From contig MU054212.1 in assembly GCA_013239625.1 (NCBI GenBank), forward strand, positions 3,038,001 through 3,102,000: a stretch of DNA of 64,000 nucleotides, in the 5' to 3' direction. This document shows positions 37,661-50,539 of the stretch, one piece after another. The notes below the pieces were generated by a model. That model worked only from the letters and a program-made list of their open reading frames with translations, made no database searches and was not told where the DNA came from. Numbering within the stretch: position 1 is the first letter of the stretch; every line of letters starts with the position of its first letter. The DNA is from Lama guanicoe. Taxonomy: Eukaryota. Position numbers and translations under genes: made by a program.

Positions 37661-40284
37661 GTAGGTTCTGCAATGTGTGCTTGTTGAACTGCCTTTACCG
37701 GAAAGTCCATTGAAGTCAGAGAAACAGAATTTTAGAGCTAGATGGGATTTTATAAGATGGACCATCTGGGAGAGCCGAGGACCAGAGATGTCTACATCTG
37801 TATCTATAGCATCTCTTCCTTTATCATCTGTATCTAGCTCGTCTATGGCTACATCCATCAGTATCTGTCTACAGCTGTGTTTCACACATGTTTGTGTGTG
37901 TCGTGTGTTATAAAGAACAAACATGTCAATATTATCACAGTCCCCATGCAGGAGAGGAGGGGAGCAGGAAAGGATGAAAGCTATGCAGGCTGACAGGTGC
38001 ATTCTCCCGAGAGAAGCAGGGAAATTATCTGCTCTGCTAAAGGGATTGTGGGCTGTGTGGGTCATCACCGCTTGGAGAATGTTATGCAAGATGACCTGTA
38101 TGTGTACACATGTGGGTGTATGAAGAAGAGATGTCTGCAAAGAGGGTGGATGAGAGAAATTGCTGGAGTTCATCAGTAATCACAGATGAGGGGAGCAAAA
38201 GAATTGAAGAGGAAAGAAGATTCTAGTAATGTTGTCATGAACCCTGTATTCTTTTAAGGTTCACTGAGAAATAGAATGAAGGATCTGAGTCATCTCTGAA
38301 GTCCTCTTGGAGACCCTGACGTGTTTCCTTTAACTTGACAAAACATTGTGATGGAACCAGATGGAGTCCATAAAATTTCAGCACTGTATTCACACAGATG
38401 CTAAAAACTCTAAGCACAGTAGATTGAAAAAATATCCACTTATTGTTAAGATGAGCATTACCTTTTTTTTTCACTTAAATAAGGAATAAGATATAAATGC
38501 TGCATGCATAAAATAGGATGGAGAGTTTCCTTTTCAAGTAAAATATCTCCTATGACCAACAGGTCCCTTTCAGAACATATTTTAAAAATATAATATCCAC
38601 TGAACACTTGACATATGTCAACTAATAAAAGACAAATGAGTAGAAATATTCTCCTTCTGCTGAATATTAGCTTTTGGTTTCAGGTGCAATCGAGTCATTC
38701 TGATGGGCAGAGAATCACTTGCATTTATGTTAACTTCCGTGCAGTTGGAATTCCACTCGACCACGTGAATAAGAGCCCAGCTGTATTTAGCCAGGCTGAC
38801 ATTTCCACTGTCAAATCCACTAACCAAAGCCAAGTTGTAACAACATTTCCTGATACTCCTCTTAGGGACTGTACATCTATTTGTTTACTTATTTAATGTG
38901 ACATTTCTTTCAGCGGCGACTCTTTCCATTGCTGGCTGTAATAGGAAATCCTTCTTTTGAACACTGAGTAATAAAGGAAAAAGGGAAAAGAAAGAAAATC
39001 TATACCTTAGATATTTTAACCACTGCATCCACTTAACATATGTCTCTTTAGCCTATAACAGACGTATAAATATGTGTCACCGCGTTTCTCAGGGTCTCCC
39101 ATTTGAAATCCTTTGAGAAGCATCTTGGACAATGTTAGATGTGCTCAGGGTGACTGCTCCTGTTCTGAGATCTTCCTTTTCATTTACAAAGTGTCAGGTG
39201 CTGCAACGCAGAGACTCCTATATCCAGCTCTAGTTCTGACCTCCGTGTGTCCTCGAGTTCCCTGGCTTCAGAAGCTCTGTTTTGCAGGGGCAATCCCCTT
39301 CCTCTGTTCACAGACAATTTCTCTCTTCCTCTCCTCCTGACAACCTGTCAGATAGTCGCTGATTTCTCTTCCCTGGCAATGCACTGTTACCTGCAATTGC
39401 AGAAACCATTAATAAAATGGGTGGGAGGGGGTGGGGGGAAAGGGAAGTAAGACACAAAGGGAGTAAGGACTGTACATAGCCCGCGGGTTTTTCCCTCCCA
39501 CACATATGATTCTCCGTCGTTCCCCGCCTCACGTGGGAAAACGTTGTCCTGCTGGAAATACACCTTGAAGGCGGCTCTGCCTCAAAGACATCACTATGCA
39601 TATTAATCACACACACTTGGTAGTGCCTAGAGTTGTTTTTCACGAAGCAAGCTGAAATATACCCGCAACTTGCTCCTCGTCTTCTATAGGATCCCGGAGT
39701 GTGGGCTCAGGTGGCTCCTGCCCCCAAAAGAGAGATGAAAGGGGCTTGGAGAGGAATTCTTTATGACAGAAACAGACAGGGAAGGAAGCTTCACTGAATG
39801 AGATCAGCCCATCTTCTAGGAAGACCAGAGCTCTGGGAAGTATTTCAGCACAGGAAACGGCCCCACATGTCAGTAAGAGAATCAATTGCAAGGGCACGCA
39901 GAGGGGAGAAGGACCTAGAGAGGAAAATCAGAGGCAGATAAGAGAATTTCTAAGAGAGAGTCTTTGTCTGAAGACGCACGAGGATGCCTTAAATGCTGAG
40001 ATGACGTTCCCCCACATCTTGCCTGCTGCTCCCCCATTTTCCTACAGAACTTTACAGTTTGCTTATTTGAGAACAGATCACCTCTGTTACCTGGGCCAAA
40101 TGGAATCTTGATTTTTTTTCGGAGCAATCTAGTGGATTCTGCCAACCCAGTGCCCACTCCGTGGGGTTCGTTGCTTCAGAGGAACAGCTGATGCTTTGGG
40201 GCTCGGCCGTGAGCAGCACTGGCTAATGGATGTTTGGGTTCCCTTTGTTAGACCAGCGCAAGATGCAGGCATGCTCTTTCTCCA

Positions 40285-40400
40285 GGACTAGTTAGTTGGT
40301 TAGAGCACGATGCTAATGAGACCAAGGTAGATGTTTCTGAAAACTGGCGGTTTCACTTTACACAGAAGAAGGTCTCTTGTTTGCTCACAGAGTTTACTCA
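40285..40400 (+). mobile_element. MamSINE1-like ancient tRNA(Ile)-derived SINE fragment
   Basis: agttggttagagcacgatgctaatgagaccaaggt matches the tRNA-Ile(AAT)-like head; T-arm degenerate. Confidence 0.6.
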
Positions 40401-41100
40401 TAAAGGGAAGTGGTACCGTGGCCTGCCCAAGCAAAGCCGTCAGCGCCACTGGGAAACCAGGGACAGAGGCTGCCCTGTGCCTGTGTTTCTGACACCTGTT
40501 CCTTTTTCATTCTGAGAGGAAAGACCCTCATGACCTGTCACACCTGACTTCAGAAGTCTTCTGACGTTCTCAGTGTTCTCAGCCGCTTCCCACGCTCGTC
40601 AGCGAACACGTGAAGGCCAGCTGTCGCTCCACGCATGTCACTTTCATCAGTGGCCCCGGGATTAAAGCCCAGTTCTTTGTATTTAAAATATTCTGGTTTG
40701 AGCCTGGGTTTTTCTTCTAATTTTGATGCCTGATCTTCCATGTCACTCAGCGTTTCAGTCAAACTGGACGACCCCTGAGCCCTGAGAAATTGTTTCCATT
40801 TTTTTTTTCTGTGCCTGTTCTCCTGGTGTTCGCCCTGGTGAGAGCGATGCCTCCCAGTTCTGTCTCTCAACCTTTCATTTTAAGGCGCTGTTCAAGTATC
40901 ACCATGAAATGTTTTCTGTTCTCATAAATGAAGGCAAATTCTATCCTTTGAGTGTCTCTTGTACTTGGTTTATACCTCGCTTAGGGCCTGTGATTTTTTT
41001 CTATAATCATTTGTTCCCTCAGTAAATATTAATTGAATACCTAAAAGTGCTAGACACTGAGGCACACGGGAGGTTGCACACGGACATATGTAACCCCCTC

Positions 41101-41945
41101 GTGTTAGTTAAGGATATCCGAGCTGCTCTAAGAGACAAACCCCAACACTGAGTGGTTTCCCAGGAGAGTCCAACACAGTGTTACTGGTTGGCTGGAGGCC
41201 CTTCTCTCCATGTTGGTTCAAGGACTTCATTAGTTTTACTTATCGACTTTACTTTCATATACCTATTTTATCTCTTGGTTATCTACACTGTAGATAACAA
41301 ATTAGCTACATCACAAATTAGCTCCAAACCAGCTGGCTTAAAAACCACATACTATTTCACAAGTGTGGGGCTTTGGAAGCGGTTTAGCTGGGGGGTAGTG
41401 ATTTTCGGGTTTCTCGTGGGGCTGCAGTCAAGCAGATGGCTGGGTCTGCAGTTACCCAAAGGCTCGACCGGGGTTGGTGGGTCCACCTCCAAGGGGCCTC
41501 CCTCGCAGTCCCACACCACCTGCCTACTGTCCTCGTGGCAGAGTAGCTGGCTTGCCCCACAATGAGGAACCCAGGAGGGAGCAAGATAGAGCCTGCTGGG
41601 TTCTAGTCTAGCAGTGAGTTGCCAAGGTCAGCTCATGCTCCGGGTGTGGTGAGAATTAAGCACCAACTTTCAAGGGAAGAGTGTCAGAGAATCTGTGGTG
41701 CTCTTTTGAAACCACCAGAGCATGGGACTCACACTCCCTCAGTTTGTGTTCTGCTGTCTCCTAGGGCCTAGGTTCTTTAGCTTCCAGCAGGTAGAAGATG
41801 AAAGCATGGAGAAGGCACACCGGCTTCTTAGAAACACTGCTCTGAAAGTGACACATATGACATCCATTCTCATTTCAGTGGTGAGTAGTGGGTGGCCACC
41901 TCTGGATTCCAGGGTGGCTGGAAAACGTCATCTGGGGCTGGGCAG
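41101..41945 (-). mobile_element. Nested MaLR LTRs (MLT1H-like inside MLT1K/J-like)
   Basis: Outer gtgttagttaaggata...; inner gctggcttaaaaacc...ggctgcagtcaagcagatggctgggtctgcagt...gggaagagtgtcagagaatctgtgg (to ~41716); outer resumes gaaagtgacacatatgacatccattctcattt. Confidence 0.65.
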
Positions 41946-42739
41946 TGACAACACTCCATACCCTCCACTCTGCCCCAAAGGCCAGGGACTCTCTTGTCCT
42001 TTGTGTCCCCCGTTATACAAATAACAGGCCTTGTCAGAAGAGGTGCTCTGCAAATATTTCACAAACAAATGAATATATGAATGATGGGATGGGAGCACTA
42101 TTTTTCTGTATGTTGCAAAGGAGAAACCTAGGCTCGCCTCTTACTAGAATCCACACCAGCCATGCTACTCAGATCCTGTTTACGGCTCAGCTGCGGCACA
42201 CATGTCTACGCTCAGAACTACCTAGGCATGACGGCTCTCTTGTTATTTCTTATGAATTATTTATCTCTCCCTCTCTGAACTTTCTTCAAATGGCACATTG
42301 CAAAGGACTAGTTCTGGACTAAAGAATATTATATAAAGGCAAGAATGTTCAAAGCTTCCCTGTATCACTACACAAACAGTTCAAGTAAGCGGCTGCCAAA
42401 CACTGAAGTGATGGGATCACAGGGTAACAGAGATAAGAAACAAATTGTCATAGCAACCAGAAGCCCTCACTTGGAATGACTGTACTTCAACTTAAAAGGT
42501 AGCTCTGGGAGCTTAAATACCCACAAAGAAATGGTTAATTTTGTAAAAGTGTCATTTAAATACAGGAGAACCTCTAAACTTTTCTGAGTGAATATAATTT
42601 GAAAGCAGTATAAGGTGGGAAAAAAGCCATAAAAGCGGTAGTGAACTTTCACCATAGTGTTTAATAGGAACAATAATTTATGTTAATTGCTAAACACTAT
42701 TTATTTGCTGAAAAAATAAGATATTGTTCATATCTGATA

Positions 42740-43250
42740 TACAGTGGAGGTGCAATTAGTACAGAAAAGTTGAAAAATGCAGAAAATATAATAGAATGAA
42801 AAAATAATCCTACCACTCTGAGTAATTTTAAAAACATTTTTAGTCAATATAGATATATATCTCTGTATACCTTCTTTCAATAATATGTATATTAAAAAAA
42901 TTGAGATTGCACATGTATTTTCATTTAGTATGTTGATTTTAACTTCTGTCATCTCATAAACATTTCCTCATGTCTTTAATATTCTTCAAAACATTAATTA
43001 GTTACTACATGATTTTTGATAATTTAGACATATCATAAATGTATCTAATTATTCTTATAATGTTTGACATCTTGACTGTTTACATAGTTTTGGCATCATA
43101 AATAATTTTCTAACCAACCCTGTGGTTTAAACAGTATTTGTCACACGGTGAGTTCTGAACAAGTGTTTAATGAATAAATTACAAGATATCAATCTTTATG
43201 CACATCTCTGATTACTGATACCATGTTCCTAAAAAATGAATTTTCAAGAA
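42740..43250 (-). mobile_element. Old L1 (L1ME-like) fragment
   Basis: AT-rich aaagttgaaaaatgcagaaaa...aataatcctaccactctgag...ttgagattgcacat...tgcacatctctgatta. Confidence 0.6.
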
Positions 43251-43411
43251 TTATCAATAAGATTGGGGGGGACTTGTGAGCACTCAGAGATTCAATTGAG
43301 GGGGTAACTGGTCCCTCTTGGGGTTCACCATTAATAACATCTTATTGAACCCCCAAGTTAGGCTTGAAAGATGTCAAGTGACTGTGTGAATTTGACCCAA
43401 TCATTTAACAT

Positions 43412-43592
43412 TAGGTGTTGCAACCCTGGCTGCACAATAGATATATCTGGGGAGATTAGGGGAAAAAAATAGCCATGTCTGGCCCCACCCTTGACAATTA
43501 AAATCCAAGTCTCTTGGGGGTAGAAGCCAGCGTCAAAAGTGTGTAAAAGCTCCTGTGTGATTTTAATGTGCGGCTCAGGTCGAGGCCCAGGG
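43412..43592. mobile_element. MER5-family DNA transposon
   Basis: caaccctggctgcacaatagatatatctggggag...aaaagctcctgtgtgattttaatgtgc. Confidence 0.75.
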
Positions 43593-45699
43593 ATTTTGAC
43601 TTTGAGAGCATCTTCCCACGGGGATGGATGGACGAGAGGGTTCAACAGGTGGGCCACTGGAAGGTGAGTGGGTGAGAGCAGTTCCCTGAATTATTGGGGA
43701 CCATGGATTTTAAATATTTTAAAATATAAATATTAGAAAAAAAAAAACCCAAATGGTAGCACCTGCAATCAAAGGGCAATCTTTTATACCAGGAAGATGG
43801 TGTGAGTCTCCTTGCTGAAGGTCTGCAGGGGACTTGGCGAAAGTAACACAGTCCCCACCAAGCTGCCAACCTCCTTATCTGGGCTGTAGCCATTCCACTG
43901 GCCTGTTTCCCTTGACTTGCCGTTACTAGTCCGCATTACAGAAAGCCCTTCTGTTAACTGAAATTGTAATATAGTACTGAGCTCGCCAAGTACCAAAAAG
44001 CTCTGAAATCTAAACTTAAAAAGCAATTAAGGGTGGAAGAGGCAACTATTTCCAAGCTTGACTTCAAGAACAACCTATGAAGCAACTGAAAATTAAAATT
44101 CTCAAAAATTTCTTCATGAAATAATGTCACGGGATGTCCAGACTGCAGTCTGATCACCACAAAGCCCAGCACCACTCACGCACAAAGCCTTCTTGAGCTC
44201 GTGGAAGACACATCTGAGGCTCCAACAGTCAACTTTTCACAACGTGAAGGACAGGAAAATAAGCTGTGACTTGGAGAAGCTCATAGTGGGGGGGCGGCTG
44301 GCTGTGCACAGCGCCACCTTCTCCAGCCTCTGGATTTCAGCACAGGGCAGCAGCCTAGCCTTCCTTACTTCCGGAAGGTTGGTAACAAAATCAACCAGGG
44401 CTGCACATGGCTGCAGGCAGACCTGGGCACAGAGCTCCCAGCATCCTCTCCCTCTCCCTTTTCCCTCCCCACCATTGGCATCAGTCCCCTTATTTATTGG
44501 AAACACCAATCATTCTTTTCAACCAAGGCATTATTTTTCTTAAATATCATTTCTCCTGCCTCTAGGGATGTTGAATACAAACTTATTAATGAGACTGTTG
44601 TGTGATGTCATTGTGGATCTTGCCCGTGTTGGATGATCTGCTTAGTTCATGAGACATCCAGAATCTACAAAGTGACTGGCAGGGAAGTGAGCATTTCGCG
44701 TTTGCCAGCGTGGCAAGACATCACTGAAAGTGCAAGGATGAAAAGCCAATGTGTGGTTAAGTTGCTCGATCGTAGCGTCTTTTGACTGCCTCAGCTCACT
44801 ATTTGAAGGCATCTAACTTAGTGTCATTGCATTTGCTGTTGAAACAACTGTCCAGGAAATCACACCATGTAAGGAACAAATCATTGCATCCTTTTCCCCA
44901 ATTTTGCTGTGGTGATCCCTTAGACGACAAAACAGCTTCACCATCCTCTTTTTCATCCTCCACCCTCTGAAACTTAAATTCCACCCCCACCCCCATGGAC
45001 ATCTAATATAAAAAAGAAAATCAGGATTGTTAATACAGATATGACTTACTTTCACCACCTGCCAAGGGGTGGAGCTGCAGAACCACAGACCACGGGTGTA
45101 CTTACTGCCTTTTCCATCCCATCGGTACTGCATCCAGCCCTGACTTAGACCCACCTTCTATCCCTTTTCCTTATTTAGCATTAGGTTCTCAGCCTTTTCT
45201 TTCCTGGTAAATTTACCCTGATGATAAATGGTGTAAATTTCTTCACAATTCAACCCCGAGATAGAAAAGCGGAGTGGGGACAGGCGCTTAAGGACTCAGC
45301 TCTCAAAGAACCTCTGTTGAGAAGACATGTGCGTGAAATGTAGAGCCAGAGAAAAAATGATGAGGCAGAAATTGTGGTTTGTTAAGTTTAACAACTTTGG
45401 TTTTAAAACTTTGTGCAGGACTGCCGCTTAGTTAAAAACATGGGATTCATGGAAATTTAGCCTCAAATCCTGGATTTGAGGGGACACTGTCAAGTAAGTC
45501 CAGCCTTTTCCAATTTTTATTCATGAAACGTAGCAACGTATTTATTTGCTTTTTAGTTGTCATCATACCTAGTTGATAATCCGGACTTTACTGTTTAGAA
45601 GCATCCTCAAGACCTTTATTGGAGCCATAAAACAATGAAACCAAGGCTAGTGTTTGGAACCGTGTCAAAGGAATTTATGGTCTTACCACACTTAAATTA

Positions 45700-46480
45700 G
45701 AGAAGCGAATCTTGGGGATTTTGTTGCGTGCAACCGTGCTCTTGAATCATTTGAAGCAACCTGGTGTCACCATGAGGTGGCGCACTGCAGCCACCGATCG
45801 CTTAGGCGGGCGGGAAGCAAGCTACGCCACCGAGGCAGGAATCCCTGGGCCCTTTCTCCGACCCTTCTCTCAGCCATTTACGACCGCAGAAGACAGTGCG
45901 TGTGGAAGCCGGCAGCAGGGGTTTCTTTTGTGTGACGTCTGGCTTTGAGCCGCCGCGGCTGCGGCTCCCGGCCCCCGCCGCCTCTGCGCCCGCGGCCCCC
46001 GCCGCGTGAGCTCGCCCTTCCGGCGCGGGGTTCGCGCGGCAGCCGCGCCGCACCTGTCAAAACCTGCGCTCGGCTTGGACCGGGGTCTCCGGATTTTGCA
46101 ACATTTGCGGTGGGGCAAGAGAATGAGTCTGATGAGGCTGTGTTTTGTGAACGAGTGCTGCTCTAGAATCATATCCCCGCTTTTTAACATTGGGCAAAGG
46201 AAGAAAAATAGAGTGAAAAAGTGAAATCGTGGTAATTACTCGGATTCTCGGCATCTGCTAATGTAACACTTTTTCTTTAATCACGTTCTAGAATGTGTGA
46301 CCTTTACTTTCTCCGGTCACGCTGGCTAGAGGGACAAATCCAAGGTGCAGTTGACAAGGATCCGGATGGCAATAATCGTCTTCAGCTGCAGGGTCTCCAC
46401 GCAGCAGAAGCCCAGGGCGCAGGGTTCCAGGTTGCCTGCTCATTCCTGGCAGCGTCTGGCTGCACCGCTCCTCTCCGTGG
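45700..46480. promoter_or_regulatory. Small CpG island, candidate promoter
   Basis: Very GC/CpG-dense core at 45940-46090, not repeat-derived; CRE-like tgtgacgtct (45931), CTCF-like motif (45770), candidate donors gtgagc (46006) and gtaatt (46232). Confidence 0.8.
45770..45783 (+). promoter_or_regulatory. CTCF-like motif
   Basis: ccatgaggtggcgc versus consensus CCASYAGRKGGCRS. Confidence 0.55.
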
Positions 46481-46814
46481 AGACTGGTAGGGCTTCTCTC
46501 CCCCTGGCATTCTTTAATCCAGTTTCCCACTCAGTGAAGACACTTCTCTGCTCCCCACCATTAGCCTGCTTCTCCCCTTATTTTTCCTGTGGGTCCATCA
46601 CTCCTTTGCTTGAAGATTCTCTTCCTGGGCTCCGGGGAGGCTGGCCATGGACTTCCAGGATCTTATAGCTCTCTTACTCTGGGAACTTGGAATACATTCC
46701 CCCGCAACTAGATTGGAGCAGATTTAAGTGGCAGTGCCAATGACCAAACTCAAAAGTGTCCCTTGCCACCAACAGGACCCTTGAGTCTCGACCTCTTCTT
46801 CCTTCAGCTGTATG

Positions 46815-47045
46815 GCCTGAGTTCAAATCACAGCCTTTCCACTTTCATGCAGTGTGATCTTGGGTAAGTTATTTAACCTCTCTCTGCCTCAGTTTCCTCA
46901 TATATAAATGGGGAGTGGAGGGGTCATCACAGGACCAACTTCTCAGCTTCATTGTGAGGATGAAATGATTCAATCAATGCATATGATGGGCTGAGAACAT
47001 GGTCTGGCTCTGAGTAAGCACACACTCAACAACGATTATTATTAG
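46815..47045 (+). mobile_element. MIR SINE
   Basis: gtgtgatcttgggtaagttatttaacctctctctgcctcagtttcctcatatataaatgggg. Confidence 0.9.
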
Positions 47046-47339
47046 AACGTTTTGATCTTTATATGCCAGGAACTGACCACTAGTTCCCATTTTTCCAAAG
47101 GGCTGACTGAGACTTCTCAGGAGGTCTGATGCTCTGACTCATAAGTCAGAACTCTCCAGGTGAGTGGGCAGCTTCAAGTCGCTATGTCCCCGCTCCCACT
47201 TCTCACTCGATAAAGTTCCTGGAGGTAGACATGTTGCTAAACTACTGGTAGGACGATGACTGTTGACCTGGAGCCAAGACTGGAAGAACCAGACCCTCAG
47301 AGCTTGCTTTGTATTTGTGGGTCTGGTTAGACATCCCTT

Positions 47340-47876
47340 TGTTTATGTTTTAGCCACCAGCCCCTTTTCTCCTTCCTAAGGGCACCCTGAATTTCCTTTG
47401 GGAAACCGCTTGCTCCCTTTCTCAGCCATGTGGGATTGGGGAGGATGGAAACTCCCTCTGATTCCAGCGTAGCCCCGATTGGCCTAAACCATCAGGCTGC
47501 TCCGCCTCCTCTGACCACTGCAGTAGGTTCAGTGAAGGAGCTTTAAGCCAGTGAGGGCCTAGAGACATTTGCAGGGGTTTCTGAGAAAGAAAAATACAAC
47601 CCTTTTTTCCAAACACTGTAGGAAAAGACCTTCCCTCTTCCTCTGGGTGATGAGGCAGAAGGTGAGGTTGTGAGATCTGGAATTTGGCAACATTTGGACG
47701 AAGTCAGCTGCTGGGAGAGACAGAACTCAGCCCTGGCTGTATCTTCTCAGCTGCTGGGTCCAGCTGCTCCACAGCATCCTCTGGCCTTCTCAGCTACAAT
47801 TCAACACATTTCCTTTAGGAAATCAATCCGAGTTGAGTTTTTGGTCACTGGCACCATACAAGGTCTGTCCTGACAC
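47340..47876 (+). mobile_element. ERVL-type LTR (LTR16-like)
   Basis: gcaccctgaatttcctttgggaaac...ggcctaaaccatcag...tgaccactgcagtaggttcag...gagttgagtttttggtcactggca. Confidence 0.6.
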
Positions 47877-48599
47877 ACTATGGCAGGGAGAAACACTTCA
47901 GGGTTTCCTAAGCTCGAATTTGAAAACTATTCTTGTTCTTTCAGTCGTATTTAGATGCCTAAAATACCTAAACATTCTGAAGCTTTCTATATTTACATAT
48001 GACCTTCCCTGATATGCAAATCTAGAGTGGACTCATTTGTTAAGTTGTATTTCCAGAAAGATGTCTCACCTATCAATTAGGAAATGGCCTTTCTTGCACT
48101 TTTCTAAAGTGACGTGAGTCAACACTTGGCACGTCGCTGGTGCTTATGGAATGTTTAAGAAATGAGGTTTTCTGGTTACTCGAATTTCTGATTAATTGAA
48201 AGTTAATAAAAAGCTCTCCCCTTCCCCACCCATAACCTACTGTTTCCCCTCTGTAGAAAATCTTTGTGAAATGTTTAAATGCACTTTCTTTCCTTATTAA
48301 TTACAGTATAGTGAGCATAATTGCACTTTTGATGGTTATGAATTTTACAGTGCCTCAGGGTTATCAGGGTATAAATTCTCACTGTACAATATTTTACATG
48401 TAGAAGTTGGGGAAATTGAGCTAAATATGGATTGATCCAGGGACATTTTCTAGAGGTTTATTTTTCAAAAACTAGTTTTCATTGTCTTTGGTCTTTTTCT
48501 TTAAAATATAATTTGTGTAAAAAGTTTGATCAAAATTTTGGTCAGATAGACTCTTGGGTTCTTTTTTTAACTTTTTAAGTTAAAAATTAAATTAAATAG

Positions 48600-48860
48600 T
48601 AATTTTTTTAATTTTTAAAATTGAATGAAAGATTCTTTAAATTCTATACTGCTTTGCAATTGTCACATGTTTTACACACATGATTTCATATAATCTCATA
48701 ATAACCCTTTTTTCCCTAATCCCCTGCCCCTCCCTCCTTCCCTCTCCCTGCTGGTAACCACTTGTTTATTCTCTATGTCTGTGAGTCTGCTTCTTTTTTG
48801 TTTGTTTTTTTACTATCTGTATTTTTTAGATTCCACATATAAGTGATATACAGTATTTGA
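48600..48860 (-). mobile_element. L1 3'UTR fragment
   Basis: ctccctgctggtaaccacttgtttattctctatgtctgtgagtctgcttc...ttttagattccacatataagtgatatacagtattt (clear from ~48710). Confidence 0.8.
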
Positions 48861-49460
48861 GCTGGACTCTTATTAAGGAAAAAAAATTTTTAATAAGACA
48901 TTTAAACACTGACATTAGTAATTACGCAGCAAAATTATTAATGTGGGGCAAGTTTGAAAATGGACATTAGGGAAAATATGGGACAATAGGGACCTTTCAT
49001 TGGCAAGAGAAGTTTCAATGATGAGGTTATACTGGGGGTGAAGTTTGATTGCGTAAAGCCTCAGAAATGACCCAGGCTGACCTGTGAGAGTGAATTCACA
49101 GAATGTGCACAATGTTGATGCCAGGGCATCCGGCAAGTAGCAGCCGTGGCCCATTCTGGTCTTGTTTCTTTTGTAGACTGAAGGCTCAGTATTTCCAGAT
49201 CTTCGCATGTCCTGTGGCTGCAGCCAACCCTGGTTGGTCATGAAGCAAGGCTGACATGGAGGGAACACATCCGGCAAATACATACTGTTCTTGGCAGTCT
49301 TTTCTTGGGTGCATCCTTTCTGGTTTCTTGTCACCACTAGACTGATAAGCTGTAGAGGATTCAGGGATTTGGGATCAGGGCTGTTAGTCCTTTTATTTCC
49401 ATCAGAGATGTGATTAATAGCCAGAGTCAGAGTCAGAAGGCAGCATAACATCGCATGGAG

Positions 49461-49812
49461 CGTTATGGGCTGAACTGTGTCTCCCCCAGACTCATACGCT
49501 GAGGTTCTCACTGGATGTGACTGTGTTTGAAGATAGGGTCTGTAAAGAAGTAATTAAATAAAAATGAGGTCATTAGGATGGGCCTTAATCCAATACCAAT
49601 GTTGTTCTTAAAAGAGAAGGAGATGAGGACAAAGTACAGAGGGAAGAGGATGTGAAGACCAAAGAGGAAGATGGTCGTCTATCAGCCAAGGGGAGAGACC
49701 TCCGAAGACACTCCCTCGCTGACGCTTTGGTCTCAGATTTTCAGCCTCTAGACTGAGAAAATAGATTTTAGCCTGTGGCACCTCGTTATGGCAGCTTCAG
49801 CAAACGAGTATC
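49461..49812 (+). mobile_element. MaLR solo LTR (MLT1A-like)
   Basis: gttatgggctgaactgtgtctcccc...gatgtgactgtgtttgaagatagggtc...tgaggtcattaggatgggcc; TSD tggag/tagag. Confidence 0.9.
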
Positions 49813-50539
49813 TAGAGTTATCCAAGAACGGGGCAGGCCAGCCATCAGGGCGTGGAGCCAAGGATGGGACGGAGAATTGCAGCTCAAGTCAGGAGGATAT
49901 GAAGGGGCCCGTCAAAGCATCCGGGGAGCAAACAGCAGGTTGCAGAATGTGGAAATTCTCTGGCTGGGGACCAGCAGGTGGTACTGGGTCCTCCCTTTGG
50001 TCTCAAGCCTCTTGATGTTGCAATTCCCCTCTGCCTACCCTTGCTCCAGTTTCTTACTCAAAGAGGCCGTATTCTGTATGGTTCAGAAACTGGCATTGGA
50101 CAAGTTAAAAGTTTGTTTCCTTATTTTTTTTCCAGCCTAGTCTGTCCTTGGCTAGGATCACCCTTCATGTGAATTAACGTTACTGACCCACCGTCTGCAG
50201 CGTTTGTAGGCTGAGTTTTATTTACAGTCGTGGTGATGAACTCAGTAGCCTGAGTTAGCGAAACCCTCTCACTGGTCTCCCCTGTGAAGACGGCTTTGCA
50301 ACGGTGGGGAAATTACAGAGGTTTCCTGAAAGAGTATGTGTTGGCTGGAGGACTGATAAGATTGAGATACAGTCCATAATTAGGGGACTAACTTCTCTAC
50401 AAGCAAAGCTGCTGCTGCTTTTTAAAATCGGATTTAACCTCAGTCGTCCCTCAGTAGCACTCCGCTATGCTCATTTTAGTTATAGACAAAACGTTTCACT
50501 CCCAAGTCAATCAGCCACCACTGAGATGAGCTCTAAGGA

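Noticed and set aside
37523..38173. 216-aa minus-strand ORF
   Set aside because: No recognisable domain; partly kept open by a degenerate tctrta hexamer repeat (37790-37880) and overlaps L1/MIR-type remnants
40550..40870. Charged, protein-looking ORF (...LSDMEDQASKLEEKPRLKPEYFKY...)
   Set aside because: No homologue I recognise, non-ATG start, and opposite to the inferred host strand; BLASTP would settle it
45712..46254. Cluster of overlapping ORFs at the CpG island
   Set aside because: Ala/Gly/Arg/Pro-rich frames are expected from stop-codon scarcity in GC-rich DNA
48915..49511. 198-aa minus-strand ORF
   Set aside because: Begins inside an MLT1A LTR at a non-ATG codon; not protein-like
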